The notes below the pieces were generated by a model. That model was not told the origin of the DNA and searched no databases. It was given only the letters and a program-made list of their open reading frames with translations. A DNA stretch of 64,000 nucleotides from Schmidtea nova (Eukaryota): assembly GCA_044892505.1 (NCBI GenBank), contig CM097882.1, forward strand, positions 183,024,001 to 183,088,000. Reading direction: 5' to 3'. Below are positions 35,601-44,856 of the stretch, one piece after another (the stretch's first letter is position 1; the number at the start of each line of letters is the position of its first letter). The position numbers and the translations under genes are program-made.

Positions 35601-38600
35601 ATTTTCGAACCAAGTAAGAGATTCGAGAAAAGAAAAGCGTTGCCAATGGCAAGAGGACTAGTTAACATAAACGATGATGGAGAAATCCCAATAAACGTAG
35701 TAAACTTCGATGAAGAGGACAAAATAATATACGAAAACGAAAGATTAGGTAAATTAACCCCAATGATGGATATCGAACTACCAATAGAAGGAGCAGAGAA
35801 AGATAAAGAACCAACCTGGAATATTGATAGTGAATTATTAAACGAGGATCAAAAGAAGCAGTTAGAAAAACTTTTGATGGAGTATAAGGATATATTTGCA
35901 GCATCCGATTTGGATCTAGGAACATGTGATGTCACACTACATACAATACCATTAACAGATGAAACACCAATTGCATTAAGGCCGTACAAATTAGCGGAAG
36001 CACAGAAAGCAGTAGCAGAAGCAGAAGTGAAGAAAATGTTGGATGCAGAAGTAATCGAACCAAGTTGTTCACCCTGGCAATTTCCAGTGGTAATGGTAAA
36101 GAAAAAAGACGGAACACAGAGATTCTGCATAGACTATCGAAGATTGAATACAGTGACAAAAAGGGATACTTACCCATTACCAGACATTAATGAAATGCTA
36201 TTAACATTACAAGGAGCAGCATATTTTACGTCGTTAGATCTGAAAAGCGGATATTGGCAAATAAAAATGAAGGAAGAAGATAAGGTGAAAACTGCCTTTA
36301 CCATCGGGAGAGATTTATATCAATTTCGAAAAATGCCATTTGGATTAACGAACGCACCAGCATCATTTCAGAGATGCATGAATTTCGTCACCCGTGGAAT
36401 AAAGCAGTGTATGGTCTACATAGACGACTTATTAATTTATTCTAGCACGTTTGAACAACACATACAGGATATTCGAGATGTATTCGTTAGGCTTAGACAA
36501 TGGAAGTTAAAACTCAAGCCATCAAAATGCGATTGGGCAAAAGAAAAGGTTACATTTTTAGGACATATAGTGTCAGCAAAAGGAAAAGAACCGGATCCCA
36601 GAAATATCGACAAAGTAAAAGAATGCCCAGTACCAAAAACAATAACCCAAATACAAGAATTTCTCGGACTATGTGGATACTATAGAAAGTTTATAAAAGA
36701 TTACGCTGGAATCGCAAAGCCTATACAGGAACTGGTAAAGAAAGATGTATCATTCATATGGGGAGATGAACAACAAACAGCCTTTGAAACATTGAGAGAT
36801 AAACTGATAACCGCACCCATATTAGTACACCCAGACTTTAAGAAGCCATTCTTACTTGCAACGGATGCAAGCGGATATGCAGCAGGAGCCGTATTAGGAC
36901 AATACGACGACGAAGGAAAAGAACGGGTAATCGGATATTATAGCCGAACATTCAAAAAGCACGAGAAAAATTACTCAGTAACAGAACGGGAAGCATTAGC
37001 AATTATATTAGCTATTAAACACTTTAAATATTTACTATGGGGTCACATCATTTGCATAACAACAGATCACCAACCGCTTGTATGGTTAGGACAGCACAAG
37101 GAAACATCCAGTAGATTAATGCGATGGGCAATGCAGTTACAGGAGTACTCACCAGACATAAAATTTAAATCAGGAAAAGCGAATGCGAATGCAGATTGTA
37201 TGTCAAGACTGACATTTCCGGAATTAACCGATCCTGATGTACAACGAATTTGTGTGTTAATAGCGGAAGATTTAGATTTTAGTGAGTTAAAGAAAGATCA
37301 ACAGGAAGACAAAGAATTGGGACAGATCATAGAGTTCCTAACGTCTCGAAATATGGAGGTATTTAAGGATAATAAGGAATTAAAGGAACATATAGGAAAA
37401 TATCAACATCGCTACATAATAAATAAAGGATGGTTGTTAATACAAGACGGGGAAAAGAGATTGATGTGTTTACCGGAAAACAGAAGGAAAGAGATAATGA
37501 TCAAATACCATGATGGGAAATTGGGAGGTCATATGTCCGAGAAAAAGACCATAAATCGTATGAGACAAAAATATTATTGGCGAACAATGGAAGAAGATAT
37601 AAAGGAATGGATTAAAAATTGTCTAACTTGCGCAACCAGAAAGGATAGTGGGAAGAAATGGAAGAACCCGCTACAACCAATGCCGATACCAGCAGAGCCA
37701 ATGACAACTATAGCAATGGACGTAATAGGACCACTACCAGAAAGTTTAAACGGAAATATTTATATATTGGTAATAACGGATTATCTGACAAAATTCCCGG
37801 AAGCATTTGCCATGCAAGATCAAAAAGCAAAAACCGTAGCAAAAATTTTGGTAGAAGAAATATGTTGCAGATACGGAACTCCAAAACAAATACTCACAGA
37901 CCAAGGAACTAATTTTATGAGTGAGTTATTGAACGAGGTGACAAACTATTTCAGAATAGCAAAATTGAGAACTTCACCATATCACCCGCAAACGAATGGA
38001 CAAACAGAGAGATTCAACGGTACATTGATTAGAATGTTATCAAATTACGTCAGCAGACACCAAACTGATTGGGACGAATACATAAAATTATGTTTAATGG
38101 CATACCGAATGTCGATACATGCAGCAACAAAACTAAGCCCATTTCAACTTATGTATGGAAGAGAATGCAACATGCCCATAGATTTAGAGTATCAGCCACC
38201 ATTATCACAATATATGGAAGACGACGACTACGTAACCAAATTCAAAGAAAGAATGCAGGAAATATGGAAAACGGCAGAACTCAACATTAAATTTTATCAG
38301 GAAAGTTATAAGGACTTACACGACCAGAAGAAAAATGTTAAAGCGAACGATCTAAAACCAGGAGATTGGGTGATAATAGAAACTCCCGAAATAATACCAG
38401 GAACAGTTAAGAAACTCCAAAGACCTGGAAGAGGACCTTATGAAATTATATACAAAAAGGACAATAATGTCAAAGTTAAGCTAATAAATCGACCGTTAAT
38501 ACGACCCATATATGTAAACACCTGCAGATGTAAGAAGGTGCCTAAAACGATAACTACAACACCAGAAAATCGAATAATAACTAGATCACAAACAGCCAGG

Positions 38601-41600
38601 ATAAATATGCTCAGAGCTAATGTAACTGAAGACGACAAAGCAGAAATAAGGCAAAAAGAAATCAGAAACAAAGAGATCATATTGAAGGCGAGAGAAATAA
38701 TGGGAAGATGGCATGTTAGAGACGAAGCAGGCATATCAAGGGATATTAGACATATGATTAGCCGTTACGCACAAGGATTACCAACCGAACCAATTATTTC
38801 TGAATTATTGGAAAAAATCCCTGAAATACTCTTATTGAAAGATGTAGGAGGACAACCAGCCTTACATAATGCGATAGAGTGTAAAAACATTGAAAGAGCA
38901 AAAGAATTCCTAAAAATCGCAAAAGAAACAAACCAAAACTTGGACGTAGGGAATCGGGAACAAGAAACTCCATTAATGACAGCCGCAATCCACCAAGCAG
39001 ATAAAGAAATGATAGACCTATTGATAAAAGCTCATTTCAGTTGGACAGAACGAGATAGAGAGGACAAAACAGTGCTAAATCACGTAATATGGAGTTCTCA
39101 CCAACCAATGCTGAAATACATAATAGCTAACTCCACTTGGGAGATAGACGAACTAGTTAAAGGAGACATTATCAAAGAGGCAATCAAAATTGGTAAATGC
39201 AACACGATCCGTAAGTTAATCAAATGGAAACGACCAGAAGATGATACATGGGTCTTAGACATAAACGAAGTATACAGCGAAGGACAAAACGCACTGTTAA
39301 GATACCTTTTGAAATTTACTTGTGATCAGAAGACATTACTAACCTTATTAGACAGAGGAAACATAAACATCACAAAGAATGAAGAAGAATACAAATTCGA
39401 TAAAGAGAAGGAAGCCTTATTCAACAAGATTAGGAAATGGTGTGCGAAACCACTTGATAAACTAATAACATACAAAGACATAAACAATTTTAACGAGAAA
39501 TACCAGACGATAGTAAGCGAATATGAGGAATTAGTAAAAATCTTAAACCATCCCGAAAAATGCAAACAGGTTTTAGAGAAAAAAGAAAGAGAAAGTAACA
39601 AGAAACTCACACCACTCTTCAAAGCAGAAGCACCATACCAAGCTAGACTAGATGCGATACAAGAAAAAGCAAAAGAATTGTTACCGGAATTCGAGAATAG
39701 TAAACATGCACTGGAAATACTCGGCGCATTAGTTGAAAAAGTACACGCATACGCAAAAGGAACATACAATGGTAACGACATAGTAATAATAAAAAAGGAA
39801 ATGCCAGTAACATTCCTATTACCAAAAGACGGAATAATGCCCATACATAGAGCTCTACGAAATGGCAAAGATAGGAAAGTAATGGAAATTGCAAGAGTAA
39901 TGCTAAATTGCGGAAGCAATATGAATATGATAGACGAGAAAGGAGATACACTTATGGTATTTGCAGCAAGGGCCAAAACGAAAACAAAGGTATTAGAAGA
40001 ACTATACAAAGCAGGTGCAGGACTTACAGGAAAGACAGATAAAGATAATTCGATATTAGATGTAGCATTATTAACACACAATTGGGAAATGGTCAATTTC
40101 ATTAAAACCGTCCCAAATCAGGAAGAAATAGATCACCTAACTGATACGGTCAAGAAACCCAGTGTACTAGCAATGATGAACAACGTCGAACTAACAGAAT
40201 CAATACTTACGTGGATAAATCCTAATACTAACGAACCAGCATTCAGGATTAATAAATTTACAGAACATAACCAAAACTGGTGTATAAGAAGTGCCTTAAT
40301 AACGTATAAATGGCCAGAGATATTGAAGATGTTTATGGAAAGAAAGGATCTAAGAATCACAACCAGCCCGAAAGAAGAAAAATACACAGGCAAATGGAAA
40401 GAATTGATGAAGACATACATCAACAATTGGATCAAGGCCAAAAAGGAAATCTTGGAATATAAATCCACTAACAAAGTAATACCGGAGCAGGTAGAAACAC
40501 AAGAATTTGAGGCAAGCAATCTAACGACATTAGCATATGCAAAATTAATAGAAGAAATCAATGTCGAGGACGACATTTTCGACGAGCCAGGGGGAGATGA
40601 CAACACAGATAGTGACGACGATAACAACTCAGAAAATTCAAGCGATCACGAACCACCCGATAAAGAGGAAAACGAGAGAAAAGACAAGAAACGAGACAAG
40701 GAAGGAAAGAAAGGTGAAGACGAAAAACAAAGAGATGAAGAGAGAGAACAAGGAACAAACGACCAAGGAGATAAAAATGACACCCAAAGAACAGGTTATA
40801 AATCAACTATAAAACCATTCTTCAGACCAGAGTTACTATTATTAACAGTGATTTTAACGTTAATTAATCCAAGTCAAGGAATGACATGTGAAGAAAGGGC
40901 AATAATACAAATAAAAAACGCAAAAGGAATCGAACGAGTATGTTGGTCGAAAAAGGACAAAATCACGGAACAAAATAGCCCGATGGATTGCAGAATCTCA
41001 GAACACGAGCAAGAAATCATAGAGATCAACGACCTAGATCTAGATACCTGGTACAAAATATGCACCGTTAGGAAACAAAAGCATCCAAGATCACACAACA
41101 CAATCGCATGTGCAAAATACCAAACACCTAAAGCAGCCATGACAATACAACAGTCACCCAAAGGAGATTACATCCTCGGAAAATGTGGAAGAACAGAGAC
41201 ACAGGGAACAGAAAACAAAAAACCCCAGGCAATAGATAAGCAAACAACACCAACCCTACGAATTACAATAAAGAGGCCCGAAACAAGAATTGCCACAAAC
41301 GAAACCGAAAGAGTGTCTTACCAAATGGAAGTATTATGCTTAGCACTCATACTAATAATAATAAAACGATTAGAGGAAGGAATAGAAATTGAAACTATGA
41401 CAATAACAGAAGTAGAAGATACACAGAATACTAACATAAAATGTTGGGCGAGGAATAACGAGGAAATCGGCGTAAATGAAATAAGGAAAAGTCGAAAACC
41501 AACAACGAATAAAGTAATTAAAGTATCCAAAGTAAAAGCAGATAAGACGTACAAACTATGCCTACTAGAAAAAGAGACAAACAAGAAAGGTACCACAAAA

Positions 41601-44282
41601 TGTAAAACATTCCAACCTGGAGAAGTAATAAAGTTCAGAAGGAGAACGAGGAAGAGAAATAAACAAATCAAACAGAAAGTAAACATAACATTAGAAATAA
41701 AAGAGATAGAACCAAATGTGAAAGGAGTATGCTGGAGGAAGTACGAAAAAGAAACGAATGAAAGAAAGACACCACAATGTCGAACAAACACAGGAACAAC
41801 GACAATTCAAATAAAAGGTTTAGAAAGTAAACAAACCTACGAAATATGTTTAGTAAAGAAAAATGATCAGATAACGATAAACGACCTAGAATGCGGAATA
41901 TACACCACTTCATCCGGAACAAGAACTAAAACGTTAACACGAAAAAATAAAAGAAGACAACGAAACAAAGGGAAACCGAAGTACACCACTACCTTTAAAA
42001 ACAATAAACAACCGATAAGCCAAGAAGTTACGACAAAACCCGAGAAAAAGACATCAGCAACTCTGACATTATGGAAAATAGAGAATAAAACATTGGAGAT
42101 ATGTTGGATAATAGTCCAGAAACATATAAGAAGACAATCAAGAGAGTGCAGAAAAACAAATAAAGAAATCAAGATCGAAAAACTACAATTTAATAGCGAG
42201 TACGAAGTATGTACAATAGAAAAAACGGACGCACTAGGAAACCAACAAGAAAGATGCGAAACCTACTATACACCAGCGAACGCAACATCAAAAGGAATAA
42301 CAAGGAAACTCGAATTCAGGGAACTAAGCCAAACGAATGAACAAATGGACGTAGAAAAAACAATAACCGACCCTCAAGCAAAATGGACACCCGAAGAAGT
42401 TATCAAGGAAGTCAAAAGAAAGCAAGAGGAACGGGAACAATTAATGAGAAAACTAAAGGGACAATACGGAATAATGTTCAACCAAAGCGAATCTATACAA
42501 ACAGACGAGAATAAAGAAATTAAAGAACTAATTGGCTTAGGAATATTAACAGCGACCATACCAGTAATAATCGCGTTATCAGCTATATGGATACGCAAGA
42601 TAAACCCAAAGAAATCGGTAACCCAATGGACAAATAGAGACAGTACAAGCCATGGAGTGGAAATGCTAGAAGAAGAAGCACGAGAAGAACCAAAAAAGAA
42701 AGAAGCAAAAAGCGGAAAACTAGGAATAAACAACAAAGACAAGAAAATAAAAGAGATTAAAGGAGAAGAGAAAAAATATGAAAGGCGAACCAGAAGCCTA
42801 CCGCAGAGTTCAACATGGTTGAGTCTAACAATAATATTGACATTAATTAATAGGGAAGAAGCAATAAACCCACAGACAGGGATAAAAGTAATAAATGTCC
42901 AGGAAGTCGAGAAAATATGTTGGTATAGAGAAGATGAACCAATTGGAGAAAATAACCCACTAAAATGCATAATCAGAAAATCCGACCAGGATATCGTACG
43001 AATAGAAGAAATGGATGGAGGAACCATGCATCGGATATGCATAATAGAAAAGGAAAAGAAGTCGGGACTACCTAAGACAGTCGTATGCCAGAAATATGAA
43101 ACGCCTAGACTTGAATGGTATAGAGTAAAACCAACAAAGAAAGAAATCAAAAACACAATAGATCAACCAGCAACTCAGATAAGAAACACAACGGATAAAC
43201 CAGGAGAAGGAGAGAAAAGCACCAATAAAACGAGAGAAAGAATATCACCCCAACAGGAGTGCGTATGCATAGCATTAATAATAGCAATGTCCAAACGTAT
43301 CAATAAAGGAATAACAATAGAACAAATGGCCATGACAATAAGGAGAAAAGGCCGGAGTAGCAACAAAATATGCTGGGGATGGTACAACGAACAAAAAGAA
43401 TACCAAGTTCAGACAAGCGACGAATCACGAACAAACAAGGAAACCGAAATACAAGAAATACAAATGGACGGAGAAGGAAGTATATGTATATGGGAGAAAG
43501 GAATCCAAGAAGATCAACCCGGAATAGAAAAGTGCAAGACATTCCAAAAAGGAGAAATTCTGAAATTCGATGAAAAAGAATTAACCAAAACAGAAAGAAC
43601 TCTGACATTAACAGGACTTGATCAGACAGTGAAAGGAATATGTTGGACAAAACATAACCCAGAAGGAGAGGAAGGTAACCTAACCCACTGTAAAGAAACA
43701 GGGAATAAGGAAAAAGTCGAATTAAAGAAAATGGAAGTAAATAAGACATACGCGATATGTACCTTCACTAGAAAAGGTTCAGAAAAACCAGAATGCGGAT
43801 TATATCAGATCTCAGAGAAACTACAACAACAGATCAAACCATTAAACGTGGAAAACCGAACAAAAGAAAATAACGTCAAACAACTACTAAATCGCCATTG
43901 GTCTACACAAGAAGTAATGAACAAAGTCAAGAATCAAGTACAGAAGGAGAAGAAGCCAGAGGCTCAAACCCAAAATGAGATAAAAGCGAATCAGAATAAA
44001 ATCAAAGCAACAAACCGTGGAAAAACAGTAATAGGATTAATCAGTATAGGAATATTAATAGCATATGGGATAATGACGACAAGCATAATAGTATATTGGA
44101 GATACAGAAAGAGAAACAAAGCGACAGCCATACAATGGCCAGATATTAAAATTATGAAGCAAAGAATAGAAATACCAGAAGAGATACAGCAAGAATTCCA
44201 AAGAAGAACGAAAGGTAACGAATTCTGGAAACAAAGAGAAGACGAAGAACGATACGAGGAAAAGACGATAATGATGGTATAG
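32679..44282 (+). CDS. pol: Env-Pol-cargo polyprotein (3867 aa): signal peptide, chuvirus-like glycoprotein with TM, PR, RT, RNase H, integrase, ankyrin repeats, two FN3-like membrane modules
   Basis: MIDTGAN (35202), VYIDDLL (36417), ATDASG / NYSVTEREALA / TDHQPL, HDGKLGGH..CLTC, MDVIG..TDQGTNF..TERFNGTL, GPY. Ankyrin motifs GQPALHNA, ETPLMTA and GIMPIHRA. Confidence 0.95.
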   Translation: MKKKFEKILEELEKEQAGTGNAKSSMNLSAIIMMMLIWMISTDSATAFEVFDCDQMKLGEKYSLRGTEQCKDATPVELQKIKKEQWYHVYQEAELIKTMVNECKVQKTRFAFYCGRGHYSAIVMPGTEREPIVLQGEDCEALFKHGEVTTRDKIKIRGKPGMMMQQTYYVAGRITGGEGYCQGETYPIFGVPATNLVVMDTYIVELKSYEAFFEPTTGEMKTLSMCKIDRSMCQTGMSTLVYKPKVNECQLQLLQGAQFDEIQGKTFQEEDDDDKARAKHLKEALENKRQLKPDHREKRIEMRATPTVLITTNQDVGMRFIKGKATLKCSTTVYETNYPGIYVSKQEVPNAKPKIDTMDIKLHLYVNNKMDFLFHRGQASLQKVYYDLINNDCILNREILKTKLAVAITNPDSAMPLLPLREGHFGRVVGEAMYVYICEKTHASLAATTQLKPGTCTNELEIDYKGKVRYVQPVTRIINPPGFEPNPFNCSNAYGPLYQKPDGKWVMFPGRSEVIAPREFELMQLSKDRQFSDVDVSNNGIYSPKDLEAARQNILFPARREALLSNIVTITGGTDYREGPNYELLLSPAHFKKATENMMKAMWGRFLIFGQMMAGILGVILIIQIVRVIITQMLACFDIYKREKKVNWKMVVGFLPFLAKTMVLHGHSKDIHRIKRLLKILAKMKGTDEEVGRKFKKIMNDEQARQQLKRERKGLWERMKGYKTQNDSSDDDDDDDDYKGGQVYKNQAPQYIEKNPADAWKCYAPPPTMYQEPLQGGKNSTMQMMPMTNVYPMIPEDYKMRRCRSVDPQGDTHTIAVMSSNTGPVLTTTIEINGREIEAMIDTGANISAIDIKWIPQEQRREIERTNVHVIACSKEVVEVAGRWWVKIRHLNTEIDTYVAVIPALSVPCIIGTDLMPALFKEIVIDLGTMRLKDRTGQICAIEAKVTSSKQMIIPARKEKICYVKIDPTIQGDMIFEPSKRFEKRKALPMARGLVNINDDGEIPINVVNFDEEDKIIYENERLGKLTPMMDIELPIEGAEKDKEPTWNIDSELLNEDQKKQLEKLLMEYKDIFAASDLDLGTCDVTLHTIPLTDETPIALRPYKLAEAQKAVAEAEVKKMLDAEVIEPSCSPWQFPVVMVKKKDGTQRFCIDYRRLNTVTKRDTYPLPDINEMLLTLQGAAYFTSLDLKSGYWQIKMKEEDKVKTAFTIGRDLYQFRKMPFGLTNAPASFQRCMNFVTRGIKQCMVYIDDLLIYSSTFEQHIQDIRDVFVRLRQWKLKLKPSKCDWAKEKVTFLGHIVSAKGKEPDPRNIDKVKECPVPKTITQIQEFLGLCGYYRKFIKDYAGIAKPIQELVKKDVSFIWGDEQQTAFETLRDKLITAPILVHPDFKKPFLLATDASGYAAGAVLGQYDDEGKERVIGYYSRTFKKHEKNYSVTEREALAIILAIKHFKYLLWGHIICITTDHQPLVWLGQHKETSSRLMRWAMQLQEYSPDIKFKSGKANANADCMSRLTFPELTDPDVQRICVLIAEDLDFSELKKDQQEDKELGQIIEFLTSRNMEVFKDNKELKEHIGKYQHRYIINKGWLLIQDGEKRLMCLPENRRKEIMIKYHDGKLGGHMSEKKTINRMRQKYYWRTMEEDIKEWIKNCLTCATRKDSGKKWKNPLQPMPIPAEPMTTIAMDVIGPLPESLNGNIYILVITDYLTKFPEAFAMQDQKAKTVAKILVEEICCRYGTPKQILTDQGTNFMSELLNEVTNYFRIAKLRTSPYHPQTNGQTERFNGTLIRMLSNYVSRHQTDWDEYIKLCLMAYRMSIHAATKLSPFQLMYGRECNMPIDLEYQPPLSQYMEDDDYVTKFKERMQEIWKTAELNIKFYQESYKDLHDQKKNVKANDLKPGDWVIIETPEIIPGTVKKLQRPGRGPYEIIYKKDNNVKVKLINRPLIRPIYVNTCRCKKVPKTITTTPENRIITRSQTARINMLRANVTEDDKAEIRQKEIRNKEIILKAREIMGRWHVRDEAGISRDIRHMISRYAQGLPTEPIISELLEKIPEILLLKDVGGQPALHNAIECKNIERAKEFLKIAKETNQNLDVGNREQETPLMTAAIHQADKEMIDLLIKAHFSWTERDREDKTVLNHVIWSSHQPMLKYIIANSTWEIDELVKGDIIKEAIKIGKCNTIRKLIKWKRPEDDTWVLDINEVYSEGQNALLRYLLKFTCDQKTLLTLLDRGNINITKNEEEYKFDKEKEALFNKIRKWCAKPLDKLITYKDINNFNEKYQTIVSEYEELVKILNHPEKCKQVLEKKERESNKKLTPLFKAEAPYQARLDAIQEKAKELLPEFENSKHALEILGALVEKVHAYAKGTYNGNDIVIIKKEMPVTFLLPKDGIMPIHRALRNGKDRKVMEIARVMLNCGSNMNMIDEKGDTLMVFAARAKTKTKVLEELYKAGAGLTGKTDKDNSILDVALLTHNWEMVNFIKTVPNQEEIDHLTDTVKKPSVLAMMNNVELTESILTWINPNTNEPAFRINKFTEHNQNWCIRSALITYKWPEILKMFMERKDLRITTSPKEEKYTGKWKELMKTYINNWIKAKKEILEYKSTNKVIPEQVETQEFEASNLTTLAYAKLIEEINVEDDIFDEPGGDDNTDSDDDNNSENSSDHEPPDKEENERKDKKRDKEGKKGEDEKQRDEEREQGTNDQGDKNDTQRTGYKSTIKPFFRPELLLLTVILTLINPSQGMTCEERAIIQIKNAKGIERVCWSKKDKITEQNSPMDCRISEHEQEIIEINDLDLDTWYKICTVRKQKHPRSHNTIACAKYQTPKAAMTIQQSPKGDYILGKCGRTETQGTENKKPQAIDKQTTPTLRITIKRPETRIATNETERVSYQMEVLCLALILIIIKRLEEGIEIETMTITEVEDTQNTNIKCWARNNEEIGVNEIRKSRKPTTNKVIKVSKVKADKTYKLCLLEKETNKKGTTKCKTFQPGEVIKFRRRTRKRNKQIKQKVNITLEIKEIEPNVKGVCWRKYEKETNERKTPQCRTNTGTTTIQIKGLESKQTYEICLVKKNDQITINDLECGIYTTSSGTRTKTLTRKNKRRQRNKGKPKYTTTFKNNKQPISQEVTTKPEKKTSATLTLWKIENKTLEICWIIVQKHIRRQSRECRKTNKEIKIEKLQFNSEYEVCTIEKTDALGNQQERCETYYTPANATSKGITRKLEFRELSQTNEQMDVEKTITDPQAKWTPEEVIKEVKRKQEEREQLMRKLKGQYGIMFNQSESIQTDENKEIKELIGLGILTATIPVIIALSAIWIRKINPKKSVTQWTNRDSTSHGVEMLEEEAREEPKKKEAKSGKLGINNKDKKIKEIKGEEKKYERRTRSLPQSSTWLSLTIILTLINREEAINPQTGIKVINVQEVEKICWYREDEPIGENNPLKCIIRKSDQDIVRIEEMDGGTMHRICIIEKEKKSGLPKTVVCQKYETPRLEWYRVKPTKKEIKNTIDQPATQIRNTTDKPGEGEKSTNKTRERISPQQECVCIALIIAMSKRINKGITIEQMAMTIRRKGRSSNKICWGWYNEQKEYQVQTSDESRTNKETEIQEIQMDGEGSICIWEKGIQEDQPGIEKCKTFQKGEILKFDEKELTKTERTLTLTGLDQTVKGICWTKHNPEGEEGNLTHCKETGNKEKVELKKMEVNKTYAICTFTRKGSEKPECGLYQISEKLQQQIKPLNVENRTKENNVKQLLNRHWSTQEVMNKVKNQVQKEKKPEAQTQNEIKANQNKIKATNRGKTVIGLISIGILIAYGIMTTSIIVYWRYRKRNKATAIQWPDIKIMKQRIEIPEEIQQEFQRRTKGNEFWKQREDEERYEEKTIMMV

Positions 44283-44406
44283 GGGCGGATTATGACTGTA
44301 AATAATAGTGTAAATAACAAAGCATTACCGTAATAGTATGGGTATCGATATTATAAAAATTGTAAAAAGCTAGAAAAACAAAGTAAATGATGTATATAAT
44401 TTAGAA

Positions 44407-44763
44407 ATGACCGAACAGGACGAAACAACTGAAATAACTATGGCTATGAGATGGAAGGCACAATGTGATTTATTAGTACGAACAGTCAACTCATTACAGA
44501 ACCAATTAGCGGAAAGACAAATGTTATTATCAGAGAGTTATAACAATTGTTTCGAACAATTACACAGAATAGAGGAACAACAAAGAGTGATAACTGAACT
44601 CACCAGAGAAAATCAAACGATAAGCAACACCAATCAAAGACAAGCAATAGAAATAAACCATTTAACACGAGGAGAAAGAGAAGGATCCGAAGAAGGATGG
44701 ATGAGTTGGGTAATAAATAGATTAAACAGCGAAGCGGAACCAGATTCAACGAATGAGCCATAG
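44407..44763 (+). CDS. Small coiled-coil protein (118 aa)
   Basis: Heptad-rich LVRTVNSLQNQLAERQ...LHRIEEQQRVITELTRENQ; TTTAG|AA-ATG context. Confidence 0.65.
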   Translation: MTEQDETTEITMAMRWKAQCDLLVRTVNSLQNQLAERQMLLSESYNNCFEQLHRIEEQQRVITELTRENQTISNTNQRQAIEINHLTRGEREGSEEGWMSWVINRLNSEAEPDSTNEP

Positions 44764-44856
44764 ATAAATAAAGCGGAAAACTGTAAATATGTAAAAATAA
44801 AAACAAGAAAAATCAAAAAATGAATGACAAGTCGAATGTATATATTATTGTAGAAA

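Noticed and set aside
35500-35770. dUTPase between PR and RT
   Set aside because: The segment resembles the common post-protease beta-rich linker of Gypsy elements; dUTPase catalytic motifs were not seen.
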